DNA from: the human T2T-CHM13v2.0 reference genome, Homo sapiens
DNA: 64,000 nucleotides
Assembly (NCBI RefSeq): GCF_009914755.1
Contig: NC_060925.1
Direction: 5' to 3' (one strand)
Shown one piece after another: positions 41,831 to 55,506 of this stretch. A program made the position numbers and the translations under genes. How positions within the stretch are numbered: the first letter of the stretch is position 1; each line of letters opens with the position of its first letter. The notes below the pieces were generated by a model, which did not search any database, had not been told where the DNA came from, and was given only the letters and a program-made list of their open reading frames with translations.

Positions 41831-42769
41831 AGATGGCCTAATTTGTCACTGCTTAGTGCTAATGGGAAAATTTAAAACAACACTTTTCTCAATGTCCTTC
41901 TATAATTAGTTGAGTATAATATAAGAAATACGCAGTTTTGAATCGATAACTGAACATCTAACTACACACTGTTGAAAATGCTGACCGAGAAACGGAAGAC
42001 GTAAGGAGTAACTCTTGTGTTCCAGAAGTTCATTGTCTTTGTAATTCTCTATTATTCATGTTCTGGTATAAAATTTGACCCAGTTTTATGGGCATGTGGA
42101 ACCCGGTTGTTCTCTTATCTCATGTCTTATAGGTGTACTTGATCCTGTTTTTTCTGCAATGCTTTAGATTGGGGATAGATTTGATTTTCAGTTGTACTGA
42201 GTCATCTAGGGAGTTTTTAAAAATATACACTCTTTCCTCTTTATTTCTCCCTGTTCATGGTTTAAAGTGTACAAAAACTAAAATTACTAAGAACCTAAAA
42301 TCTAAACATCTTTCTTTTGTATGAGCTCAACCTCTCTGGACTCCTAAAAGACAAGTCATCAGATCAATATTTCTCCTTTCAGACATGCAAATTAGATAAA
42401 TACTTACTCTTTATTTTTGTGTAAAAGGGTTTTAATTTATGTGATACAGAATACATGACGTCAGAAATGAAAAGCAATGGTCAAGAGAGTGATGGAATAA
42501 AGAGATTGAACTCTATATTTATATATATATATAAAGCATCTAGAAGAGTTTATAGTACATGAAAGTGGTGTATAAGGGTGGCTATTTGTTATGCAAACTT
42601 GAAAAAAATGACTTGTAAAAGACTTTTCATAATTTGGTATCATATGATTTCTTGGCTCATCTCTTTATATTCTCCTACGCTTGTGCCCGGTGCTACAGGC
42701 ATTTCTATTACTTTTTCTTAACAAGTCATTATGCCTGCATCAATTTTAGAGATAGCCGACTCAGATGTG

Positions 42770-43170
42770 TAACCAAATCGTGAGGAGGCCTTGGGCAATT
42801 TATGCAAATTACCAGTGTTTCAGATTTTTTTGTCTGTGATACAGAAATATTAATGTCTAATTTATAGCAGTAATGTGAGAATCAGGAATATCTGCTGAAT
42901 ATCATGCACATGATGGCAATAAATAAATAGTAGCTATTAATATTTACTATAGTAAAAATTTATACTTAATTTAATATTTACTAAGAACATCATGTTTTAG
43001 AGTTTGACAGTTTTAATTTCAAATTCCAGCTTTATTTCCTAAACTATTTGAGCCTCAGTTTTCTCATCTAAAAATGAGTCTAATATATTTATTGCATAGA
43101 TTTATAGTGAAGATTAAATGAGAAAATGAATATAAATTGAAAATAAATAGAAGCTATAAGTAATTCTTAG
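42770..43170 (+). mobile_element. Two MIR fragments
   Basis: ccttgggcaattta..gtttcag; tttgagcctcagttttctcatctaaaaatg..gtgaagattaaatgagaaaatg. Confidence 0.7.
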
Positions 43171-43799
43171 TATTGATAGCAATAACATCACCAATACTGT
43201 CTTTAGTAGTAGTATCATGTTATTTTAATTTTTCCCATGTCATATTTAGAGTATGAGTTGATTTAGACAGAATTGCTTCTATATAGGCAAATTTATGTGA
43301 TAATATTAGAGCAGGTAACATTAATATGATATTTAACCAAGGGTTCCAGGATTACAAATTTTCTTTTGAACCATTCATCCCATCTAAATGGGAGAAATCT
43401 ATCTACATAGAATGATGCTGGCAAGGCGTAAGTTATTACCTACAGAGACTTTTGCCATAAATAACTTACAGAACTTTAATAAACTAGGCTAGGCTACAAT
43501 GAGAAATAAATACTCTGCTTAGTCATGATAGTCTAAAAGGCAAACAGCTACAAGTGGCTAGAAAACAAACTCCAGACAAGTATTTGAGATATGCTTAATG
43601 AATACCACATCTTTATCCATTCTTCCTGCTGTGAGAAGCAATCAGTAATGAGGAAAGAAAAACACTAAATTTTTCTCCCTAATATCTCCCAGGTTGGAAC
43701 TAGGGCAGAAGATCCTCCTACAAAGCCATGAGGAGTGTACACGGCCCTCCTAATAAACAAAGATCAGGAGAGATTACCTTACATAGACTCTTAGACACA

Positions 43800-44349
43800 T
43801 GGTTGTGTGCAACTGTGACTGCACATTAGGTTCCCCTGGGGAAATAGAAAAAATATATATATAGTTGGCCCTCTGTATCTGTGGGTTCCACATCTGTGGA
43901 TTCAACCAATTGTGGATCAAAAATGTTTGTAAAATAAAAATTGCATCTGTACTGAATGTGTAGATAATTTTTTCTTCTTATTCTTTAAACAATACTATAT
44001 AACAACTATATGCATAGCATTCACATTGTATTAGGTACTCAATACAATTTTTCTACATTGTATTAATAATCTAGAGATAATTTAAACAGGAGGATGTGGG
44101 TAGGTTATATAAAAATACTACACCATTTTATATAAGGGACTTGAGCATCCATGGATTTTGGTATTTGAGGGGGTCCTGGAACCAATTTCTCATGAATACC
44201 AAGGAACAATTATATGAAATTAAAATATAGATACCCTAGCTCTACCACAAAACAATTCCAACTGTATGTCTGAGGATGTGGCTCATTCTGTCTGGTATTT
44301 GAAAAAGTCCTCCCTGTGACTCTAATTGAAGCCAGGGTTGAGAATTACA
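43800..44349. mobile_element. MER5A (hAT-Charlie) split by a MER2 insertion
   Basis: ctgcacattaggttcccctgggga on the left; ctccctgtgactctaattgaagccagggttgagaatta on the right. Confidence 0.7.
43862..44212. mobile_element. MER2 inserted at a TA run, opposite in orientation to the 21483 copy
   Basis: agttggccctctgtatctgtgggttcc..ataagggacttgagcatccatggattttggtat..ggtcctggaaccaat. Confidence 0.9.
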
Positions 44350-44979
44350 ACTTAGCTCTTCCATTTCACAAGCAAAAGCCCTCTCCTGTATTACAGTAGC
44401 AAATACATTCTCATTAACTGCCTACTCATAGAGTCACAGCAGTATTTGTATTTTATTTCTTGAAGTATGAGGTAGGGCTGAGGGGAGAAAATGTTGGGGC
44501 TCTTCCATAATGATACTTTGTAGATATCAATAAATGTTCACTAAATGGATGATTTTTAAAAAGTAGATCAAATCTTAATATTTAGAAGAGAGAAAGGAGG
44601 GTGTGGCAAAGGAGGTGACCATTTGAATCAGAGTTGCTGTGCTACTGAGTAATGTCAGGTGATGTCAAGAGAAATTATTTGTTTTAAGAAATTTATTAAA
44701 TTCTATTCAGTTGAGACAATTATACAGCAATAAAAACAAACTATAATTTAAGAAATAAGTAGAAAAATTTGTAAAGTTGACCAATAACTAAAAATACTTA
44801 ACAAGTAGAAATGGTATGAGTTTCAAATATATTTTAACAGACAACATCAGCCTGAAAATATCTGTCTTCTTGGTCCCTCATTGAACATTCATTCGGAATA
44901 TTTTTATATAAATGCTTCACTTCAGTTTTAAATTCCAAGAGTCAGAAAGTGTTCCTTTAACTGTTTTATATTTTCCATT

Positions 44980-45105
44980 TTCTCCTCCCTCACTCCCTCC
45001 CTTTCCTCCCTCCCTCCCTCACTCCCGGCTTGCTTGCTTGCTTGCTTCCTTCCTTCCATCCTTCCTTCCTTCCTTCCTTCCTTCCTTCCTTCCTTCCTCC
45101 TTTCC
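44980..45105. repeat. Polypyrimidine (CCCT)n/(GCTT)n/(CCTT)n compound microsatellite
   Basis: Directly visible. Confidence 0.95.
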
Positions 45106-45438
45106 TCTGCATTCTAATACAAATAGCATAGTTTATGCTATACATAATTTAATTATGTTGTTGAACTAGTGGCCAAAACTTAAACAATGGTTTAGTGAAA
45201 CCTGGTATTAAAGAAAGAATTCATCAGGAGCAAATATTTAGGGCTTAGATTATAGAAGTTGAATGAAAGCAGCAACAAATGAATTATTTTCTCTATAGTA
45301 TCTTAATAAATGAATGTTTTTCTGCCCCCTTCATCAACACAAAAACTACTAACCAACCTTTTCATTCTCTATACTTTAACCATACTGATTATCCCTCTCT
45401 TCCTTAAAGTCCCACATTGCCTATTTTTAGTTGAATTT

Positions 45439-45959
45439 TATCAATGAAAATCTGCACTGGATAGAGGTAAATAAGCAAGAGAGACTTTATTTGAAACTCT
45501 TGCATTAGAGAAGAGAGACTATGGCCATACAGAAGAGTGGCTGAACTCAGCTCAGCTGAAACAAAAGGCAGGAGGGTTTGTAAAGCTGAGGTGAGCTCAT
45601 GGAAAAGCACTAAAGGACACTAGGTGGGATGTAGTCAATGTTGTTAGGCCATCTGTGTTTGCTAATTATCCTTATCTAAGTTAGGCTTCTACCCTCCCAC
45701 AGAAACTGGGAGATAGATTGGGGTACTATGTCGTTTGGTAATTGCATTGCAAAGGGGTGGCTCCTAGGTTCTTGAGAAAAACATTTATTTTTGTGAAAAC
45801 TGGGAAGAGGATGGGAGAACATTTAGATGTCAAAGGAGGCAGGGAAAGAATTTGTAATTATAAGTTTGCTAAAGTAAATGCTCAAATAAAAGGTCAGGGA
45901 CCTAGAGTCAGTAGAAAGCCCATCTAAAATTTAGTCAAGCTGTGGGGCCATCTTGGTCA
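45439..45959 (-). mobile_element. ERV1 MER4-group solo LTR (MER31/MER67-like)
   Basis: Minus strand TGACCAAGATGG..CAGCTTGACTAAATTTTAGA..TGACTCTAGGTCCCTGACC; AATAAA near the 3' end. Confidence 0.75.
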
Positions 45960-46058
45960 GCGTTGCATATTTTTGTCTCACTCTCATTTTGAGGTTTTGG
46001 CTTATATGTCAATTTTCCAATTTTTTTTCCCTAATTTCCAAAGCTAGGCTAGCATCCT

Positions 46059-46585
46059 TGCAGATACCAGGATGAGATCACAGCCATCACACTCAGACAA
46101 AATAGGGCTGGGAAGGCATGAAGACAGAGGAGGCTCACACTTTCATGTGTGAGATAGAATCTGTTTCCAAGGATTTTCTAAAATCCCCACAAGAAATCCC
46201 TTCATGTCCTTCATGCATCTCCTTTACATGGCTTGCATATTTTGCACATATACATATGCTTCTATGACGTTTAATCTCTAGGAATTTTTCAGGCCTGCAG
46301 TAATTTAGATAAGATGCTCTCAAAATGACACTTGCCCAGTAATGGCATCTCCACCAATGAATAGATGACAACTCTGGTTTTGAGCTTCTGGACCAATGAA
46401 CTCTTGTTCTAAGCAGTTTCTGTGAACCTCTTCCTTTTTGCCAATAAAAACTTGCCTTTAATCTTCCAACACCAGATGCGCTTTTGGTTTGCCATTCCAT
46501 GCATTCCAATTTTAATTCTCATTTCTCAGTCTTAAATAAAAACATATTTGGAGATATTTTTCTCAAATTTATTTTTAGTTTGACA
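46059..46585 (+). mobile_element. ERV1 MER4-group solo LTR (MER49/LTR54/MER72-like)
   Basis: TG..ccaggatgagatcac..agacaaaatagggctgggaaggc; ends aataaa..tttagtttgaCA. Confidence 0.7.
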
Positions 46586-46827
46586 CTCCCAAGCTATGTT
46601 TTCTCATCATATTTTTCTATTTGTTTTATAGTTCTCATCATACTTATAACTGTGCAGTTGCTTTCACTATTAGATAACAAGGTCCATGAAGGTAAATATG
46701 TCTTCCTGAATCTCCATGTAGCTTGTGGGCCCAGCAAATTGCCTAGTATATTGTAATTCAAATAAGCATTAAATAAACGTATGCAAAAAATTTCTTCCCT
46801 GATTCTGGAACCAGGAACCTAATAACT

Positions 46828-46960
46828 AGAGGGACTGTTAACTCAGTTTGCCTGGTTTATGACCGGTGTCCTAGGCATCCTGAAAATTTAACCTCTGTCC
46901 AACTTCCTTTAATTCTCAAAAGGGTACCACGGTGGAAAGATATGTTAAATAGTCCTCCTA
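46828..46960. mobile_element. Possible hAT-Blackjack MITE (MER94/MER81-like)
   Basis: cagtttgcctgg..gtgtcc..cttttaattctcaaaagggtaccac; degenerate TIRs. Confidence 0.4.
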
Positions 46961-49900
46961 CAATAACCTTTGCCCAGAGATTCTGTCTGACAAGAAACTG
47001 ATGCCCACTCAAATTAATAATGGCTGCAATTGAGCCAAAAACCTATAGTCAGAGATTTCCCTAATGTTTCTGCTCTTGGAGAAACCCCGAGCCCTTGACA
47101 TGCAAAGTAATTGGTAAGGGAAAATGAGCACCAATCTCCATCTGAATATCAGTTTACTACCAATGTTATTCTGATGATGTGCCTACATAAGACATACTGG
47201 TCATTCTAGGTAGCAGAGGGTGGAAAAATATTAATTAGCTGTGGGTACACGAGGGACAGCAGAGAATTCCAGTGGAAAAATATTCAAATAGGCATAGCAA
47301 GTTCAGGTAACTTTTGGCTAATCACAGAAACCTAAAGTTGTTCAATGTGATAGGTAATGCCTGCAGAAAATGATACTCAAAAAAAACAGATAACATTTGG
47401 GTTAAAAAAATCAATAATTTCAGACAATCTTTTCATTTAATAGAGGGATGTCTGTGACTGGAGGTATAGGGGGCGAGAATTAACACCCCAGTGTAGAAGA
47501 TTAGAAAGTACCTGTCATGGCATTGGTGTTGCTGCTAAGGGAACTGAGCTTAATGCCTCTGAGTTGCAGTCCATAGGAAGTAAATTGCTAGATAAGGAAA
47601 AGTTAGAAGAGATTGCAAGATAGGAAAGAAAGGTACAATAAATTCCCTGCACAATCAGTCATTAAATATGAAATTGCTGATTTATTCTCTATTTCTGGAC
47701 TGGCTGAGTACACGGTACAGTTAAAACTGCATTTGGACAAAAAGAGTAACTCCAAATAGAAGAAGCTTGGGAAAGCAGGGCTTATTTTTTTCTGTTTCTA
47801 TAGGGAGATTCTTTTGGAATGTTTTCTAGAAATCCTACCTTCATATTATATCTCATAGGGTAGATTTACTTTTGTTAGCATTATATCCTGACAAAGTCTA
47901 TATATAAATTATTCTTTGTGCAATAAATGATTAAATCAGATGTCCTTTTAATTGCTTCTATCTTGGGAATCCAATACAATTTATAGGGGTGTAGTAACTT
48001 TCAAAAAAAAAAGAATTGTGGTTTGGGGAGTTGGGGTTCCCAGCTGCCCCCAACTACTCTCATCTGCCTTCTTGCAGGGGAGAAATGTCCCTGAAGTAGG
48101 GCCAGCTAACCAACTTACAAATAAGAACTGCGAGTATATGTTCTTCCAGATTCTTTTCTGTATATAGACTATATATACAAGTTATACTTGTGTACTTTGT
48201 TTTGTGTGGGTTTTTTTTTTTTGCAAAAATGTGCCTTGCTGATCAGTGAAATAGGTTATCAAGGTAAGATTTCAAAGATATATGAATGTTATGATCTACT
48301 TCTTTTCCTCAAATTAAAATTTAGCTTTTCATCACGTACAAGTTTATGTAACAGTATTGAAACCTAGTGCCTTTACTCTTTCAGTGTGCCATACAAAGGT
48401 CTCAGACTTTCATTTGATAAAAGGGACATAATGTCATTGAACATTAATAATGTTCTAATTTCTAGATAAAAAAGGATACATACATTAGAAAAATAATGGG
48501 GCTTATATTAAATATCACTCTAGACCTCAGAGCTATTACTCACCACATTCCACTTGTTCAAATATGACCTCCATGACTCTTTCATTGCACTGAATTCTGA
48601 TCACCCATTATGCAAAGCATAATTGCAACTCAGGGAAGTAAAACAATATTAATCAGGGATAACATTGTAATGGACTTTGACCTATAGGTATAAATCTAAT
48701 AAATGTGTAGGAATTTTTTCTATAATGTAATGAATTCTTTCTTATATCATTACTCATGGGACCAATGTGAAATCATAATAAGAATATTTAAGGCACTTAA
48801 TGAGACAGATAAGGAATTATTCTATATTTTTAATTTCATAATTATTTTAATACCCCAAATTAAGGGTATACATTAAGACACATCCATTAAAGCCTGTCAG
48901 TCTTATTCCTCCAGAATAATGTGATGAAAGAGTAGAAGCAGAGGAAATCAGATAAAATTAAGTGAAGAAAATGTTAGGCTGACTATCAAAGAAGCAATAT
49001 CCAAATGATTAAATCAGATGGATTGGGAAACAGTCTATTAAGTGCAGTGGTTAGAAGTATCTTCTCTTGGGCCATAAAAATAGACTGCACTAAGCACTTT
49101 ACCAAAGGGAACCGCTCTTCAATGGCTTTACTAAACACAAGTTATCTCAGTCTTTGAGTTCAAGCAACCCTATCATCTCTGTTTCTACTTTTCTGGCACC
49201 TATTCACCATTTATTCACTGATCCAAATTCAGATCTTTGCCAACTCACATTGCTTCTTCTTGGAATCAGTCAATGTAGTGCTATAAGTATTAAAGTAATA
49301 ATTTATGTAGACCCATAAACTTATAAAAATGTTATTAGAAATTATGTGTTCAGTCCACTTAATTGATAAACAGAACATCAAATAAGCAGTAAAATAGTGA
49401 GGCAATTTATTAACAAGACCATGTTATTACTTAGTAACACTGACTTTTAAATATTTTTGGCCTCTCATAGTCTTCATTAGTACCCATTTTCAATGGCGAA
49501 ACATACAACATTTTATGTAAATTTAAGTGACTTATTAAAGGCTGATGTTAAATAATTTTCTAAATATATTGTTGAGGAAAAGATAAAAGAGTAGCTATCT
49601 AAGAACCTGATGACTACTGTTTTCTCTGGGGATCAAGATTGAGAATTATGAATATAGAATAAATCAGGGCTTACTTTTCATTGTATATTTTCTCATGGAA
49701 TTTAAAGGATTTATCCCATGGATATACTGCCTTAGAACTATATCTGAAAGGATATCCAGTCATGAATGAAAAGTGAAAAAAATCCTTAAAGAAACAAAAC
49801 AGAAATATTTTTAGAAAGATATTCCTTCAATCTAATAGGGAACTCAATTAGGAATTAAATTCCTAGATATAACATAGAAACAAAATTAGTTGTGAACAAT

Positions 49901-52723
49901 TATTTGAAATTGAAGATCTTAGGGTACTTGTGTTTTTCTAATAAAAATGCTTTCAAGCAACAGATGTTATTTGTATTCTCACTAGTAATTCAGTAAGTGG
50001 AACATCAATAACAAAAGCTAACTAACTCTAATACTTTAAAGCACCTAAAATTTAGATTTTTACAAATATCATTCATCACATGTAACTCAGTTTCTCAGAA
50101 ACACTTATGTTTCTTTCTGTGTGGCTATTGAGGATGTCTATCAAAATGGTTTAGCATTTTTCCATTCAACCCTCTTCATCATGATTATGTCTACTGTTTA
50201 TGCAGTTTGGCAAGCTAGTGTCTGAGGTCATATTTAGAAAGTTCTAGATGCCTTAAGAATAATAAATGGCTATTTACCTTGGCCCATGGCTACCTACTAC
50301 TCTCAAGGTTCATTTCCCTTTTATTTACTTGAACGTGGTATTGACATGTTTGCTTTTGCTCCTTCTAAATTTGCTTTCATTCTATTGTGTTTGGAGTGAA
50401 GGAAATCTTTAGAGATATCTAGGAAATAAAAGCAAGTGGAGGCCTTGAGGGATATTTAGGAAGTATACTTTAAAAGTATGAATGAAAAGGAGCTTTCAAG
50501 GATTACTTATGGGGTATTTTATTCATAATTTCACCTGAATCACCTAGCACATCTCATATCTATTAGATGCTTAGTCAGTCTTTTTGAATACATGAATGAG
50601 TAAATTATTAAAGTATTTTAATTATGTATTTATATAATGTCACATACACATTAAAGCCTTTAAGACTGCAAGAAAACTTTTTTTGGTTGTTTTTGTTCTG
50701 TTGTTGTTATGTGAAATGAATCAACAAAAAGGTAAGAGAAAGTAGAGACAGGTGCTATTATGTAGAACTGGTAAGTCACACTAAAGAATTATCCCAGGTT
50801 TCTCTTTATAAACATTTGAAAGAGTGCCCCTTTTAGGGATACTCTGCTCCCTTCTAAGATTTTGACTTACTGACATTTTCTCTTGTCACACAATCACCTG
50901 CCATCAACCTTTACCATCTTCCCATGACTTTGTCACCCAAAGCATGAATGAAACCATCATGTGTTCATGACGATCTAGTACTGACCCATTCATTACCTGC
51001 TTAACCCCTAAAATTAATCATGCCTGATTTTAATCTGCTAGCACCTATCATTTCTGGGATACAGCATATAGAAGGTTTTGGTTTTCTTTTAGCTCCTCTC
51101 ATTTCTGCCTTTAAGTTATTGTCCCCTCCTTTTCAAAACTTCACTATCTAATAAACTGTATAAAATGAATTCATGGAATATGTGAGAGAGGGGCCTATAC
51201 ACCTATACACCCTGAAATCTAGAAGACCACCTAAAAATAATACATATCCAAAATGCTTTCACTGAATAGGTAAATATTTGTGACAAGTTTCTACCATCTT
51301 ATAATTTTACGTTCCTCTCTGTGCAACTATAGGGACAAAGTGGCATATCCTGTACATGGGCTTATAAGCCTGGAAACAGCTAGCTGAGCTGTTTCCCATT
51401 AGAGATTTGACCCTCCCAAATGAAAAAACAAAACAAAACAAAAAGCAAAAAAAAAACAAACCTGTGCTTCCTACCTTGTTACAGGTCTTCCATGTACAAA
51501 CTCTCAGGAACAAGCAATGGCTGAACATGTCACACTATTTATTGGCCTCCACATCTCCCAACACAATGGCTCCCTCCAGTGTTCAACACTTAGCACATTA
51601 TTGGCAAGAGTTTGAGTGGTATTCCAAGACCTGTACTTAGGACTGCCACAGACTGACACCCAGTTTGCATCACCGTTTCTAATGCCATCCGTAATTTGTT
51701 TTTAAATAAATTCCTTAAGGATCCTATGCTTTTTATGCCAACAAATACCAGAAATACTGAGTTCTCATCTTTTGTATAGCTGAGGGTGATGCATGTATAT
51801 ATATATATACACACACATGAAAGTGAGGCTTGAGGCTTTATACAGTGAAGAAGAATATACACATTTTTCTTTCTTTCAAACTTGGCAGGAAGCACAGACT
51901 GATAACTGAGCCTGCTCTCATAGCCAAGGGATGTAATATAAGGGGGAATACAAGGTCATCAAGTGGTTTTAAACAGCTTATTTTTTTTTGTACTTCAATT
52001 TGGTAGTAGCTGACCAATGTGGTTAAGTATCATCTTCAGTCTATAATGGGAATCAATAGTTAATTCCATGATAATATTTGGCTCTTCTTCCAAAACCTCA
52101 CTTTCTACCAAACTGTGACATTCTATTATTTTAGTATTTCAAAGTCCGCACATAAACTCTGGTTCGAAAATTATTCAAAGGTTATAAGAGGAACTTATCA
52201 ACATCACTATCAACCTTCACTCTCTTCAGCATTTTAGATTTAATAAACCTCAGTATGAAAATAGAGCCATGAAAGTACCTGTCACCTCCTTATCAGAATT
52301 GCTAAACTGACTGAGAAACATATTCACACTGCAAGCTAATTAATCTGACTGCAAGTTGGCAGGTGCAATACAGGTATGCTTCTGGGAAGCTTGGATTGTA
52401 CTAAAACAAAACACTTCATTATGTTTTCCAGTGGGGTCGTTAACCATCAGGCCAACTCAGCGAGGAAGAAAAGTTCAATTTTCTGACTTATTCAAGCCAC
52501 AATAAAAAATGTCGTATATCTTATTACCAGATCCTAGCAAATCAATGAAAGTTATTTAAGATGGTGAATATAGTCTACCAGGAATTTGGTTGTCTCTTAT
52601 TTGAAAAAATATCTTTGGGTATCTGCTCTCTATGACAACTAATCTCTGGCCAAGAAATTTCCTTGAGCGATTGAAGGATTATTACATTCAATCTCACTCA
52701 AATACGTTCGGAATTCCATCACA

Positions 52724-53021
52724 TTTTATTTTCTTTCTTGAGAAAGGGTCTCACTCCCGTCACCCAGGCTGGGGTGCAGTGGTGTGATCACAGCTCACTG
52801 CAGCCTTGATTTTCCAGGCTCAAGTGATCTTCCCACCTCAGCCTCCTAAGTAGTTGGGACCACAGGCACATGCCACCATGCCTGGCTAATTTTTGTATGC
52901 TTTGTAGAGACGGGGTTTTGTCGTGTTGCCAGGCTGGTCTCAAACTCCTGGGCTCAAGTGATCCACCCACCTCAGCCTCCCAAAGGGCTGGGACTATAGG
53001 CATGAACCACCACGACCAGCT
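52724..53021 (-). mobile_element. AluJ(b)
   Basis: gggtctcactcccgtcacccaggctgg..gatcacagctcactgcagccttga..gggctcaagtgatcc. Confidence 0.93.
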
Positions 53022-54115
53022 GGAATGTGTTTTTCTATAACAAACATAGCTTTCACCCCATGCCCCTGACCTTAGGCTATCAAGGAATAATTAGTGTTTT
53101 AAAGTTGGGCTCTGTGACTACAAGCATTTTAGGCTTCCAACCTCAGGTACTTTTAAAATGATAGATGATTTCTGGAACTATTGAGACATCTGAGCAATTT
53201 AAGAAAAATTCACTTAAAATCTTTATACATTTCTCCAGCAATGACTACCTAAAATAACCTAGATATGCTTGTCCAATTATTATATTAAAACCTCAAAACA
53301 GACTAGAAGATTAAAAGATCACTAGATTACTATATGGAAACAATCTATCCTAACACTCTACAGCTTTGCTCTTATGTTCACTTCACTGCTATAAAAGGGC
53401 ATACTACTTTACAGAACACTAGACTTGTAAGTGATTTTACTCTGGAGTAATCTTTCCAAGGCATACTTGGACATTTTTTGAATGAAACTAGAACTAATAT
53501 AAAAATCTCTCTTCTATAGTAACATTACAGCATTGCGGTTTCCAAACCAGGATTCTAGTTTGGTTCTGAGCATTTGTAACTCTAATTTAAGCAATATAGG
53601 TAAATAGACAAGGTTTATTGTTATCTAAATTATGACATTGTCACAGAAAATTTCTGAGTCAGTCATTTATTTGTGGGCCAACTGGAATCTTAGAGCCAAA
53701 GCTCTGACAGCCTGTAACTTCCAATTGCTATTTTATAAGGATGTATTGAGACTATAAACAAATGACATTTTTATGGAAATCTAATACTGATCTCCAGACA
53801 TTTATCTGAAGGTTCTTTTTTAGATCCCTAGCTTCTCTAGATACTGGTTGAGTAAGAAATCATGCAGGGTGAAAACTGTATTTGATACGAGAAAAAAATG
53901 TTGTGAATAGAGGTAGCAGTGATCGTTTTAGAGATAATTCAGCTTTAGCTAGCATGGTGGACTAAGCATCTTTTGGCACTACATCTAGGATTTGGAACTA
54001 TAGCTTCTAAAACTGGGCTGGGGAAATGAACTTTAATTACTATAAACAAAGTCTATATGTGGGACTAAAGAGTTCATGGAAGGGGAAGGTTTCTTGATGA
54101 AGCAAATGACACTAA

Positions 54116-54490
54116 TGATAGAGGCAGGAGACAGCCAAAAACCTAGGCATATAGGAAAGGTCCCAGAGAATCTCCACCCTGCCTCACAAATGTTTACACC
54201 AGATGTCTTGTGCAGATAAGGGAAGCTGCACAGGGGGCTTTCCTGGGCATGTCGATAGCGGACTGGATGGAGGCCCGTGTGCACTGGGGGAATGGGGTGG
54301 AGCCACCAGGAATTCACACTTTATGGAGGGAATGAGCCTGGCCTCGTCAGCTCGTGTATGGTGGCCCAAGTATTCAATTTGTGAGGTGGAAATCTATTTG
54401 CAGGACCACCACGTCTGCATGCCTAATTCTCCCTGGTCATGAGACAAGAACCCAGATTAGCTGAGCTAAGGAGCAAAAAGTCCTGCATCA
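54116..54490 (+). mobile_element. ERV1 solo LTR, MER61-like
   Basis: TGATAGAGGCAGGAGACAGCC start; gtttacaccagatg..gtgcagataaggga; ends GAGCAAAAAGTCCTGCATCA. Confidence 0.8.
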
Positions 54491-54625
54491 CTTCATTCCA
54501 CTATTGCAGAAGAGATGAGATGCTAAAGCATAGATTGAAATGTGCCATTTGTATAAGAATGTCTACCAGCACCAGAAAATGTTGTAACCTCGGATGAAGA
54601 ACAGGGCAGAGAGATAATCAAATGG

Positions 54626-54970
54626 TGCTATGGTCTGGATGTTTTTGTCCTCCCCCAAATTTGTATGTCCAAACCTAATTACCAATGTGATGGTTTTAGA
54701 AGGTAAGGTCTTTGAGAGTTAATTAGGTCATGAATAAGATTAATGCTCTTATAAAAGAAGCCCCAGAGAGTTGCCTTGCTCTTTCCTCATGTGAAAAAGC
54801 AGTGAGAAGATGCTTTCTATGAACCAGGAAGTGGGCCCTCACTAGACACTAGACATGGTGACATGGTCTTGAACTTCTCAGCCAAGAGAATTGTGAGAAA
54901 TGCATTTCTGTTTTTTATGAACAACCTGGTCTATGGTATTTTGTTACAATGGCTCAAATGGACTAAGACA
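54626..54970 (+). mobile_element. MLT1A/MSTD-like MaLR solo LTR
   Basis: TGCTATGGTCTG...GGACTAAGACA termini; perfect 5-bp TSD AATGG (54621-54625 and 54971-54975). Confidence 0.92.
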
Positions 54971-55281
54971 AATGGATTGGCTAGGAAAGACTAAAAAGTG
55001 TTAAACTGAGTCAACTTCTTTTAAGCTAGTAACCTTATAAAAGTTATGTAAATATTATAAATCTCAGTTATCTCAAGGTGAAAAAAAACCTATGTCACAC
55101 ATTGTAGGAGTAGATAAATATCCTAAATTATAGAAGAAGGATGTTTTAAGTTGTTGAATTTCTTATTACTAGTTATTCAAATATTTAAACCAAATAATTC
55201 TTCTAGTTCTATTTCTTTTCTCATTCAGGATATTTCATTTATAGCATCCTACAACTTCAGGAAAGAAGAAAATCCACTTTA

Positions 55282-55506
<225 letters not shown>

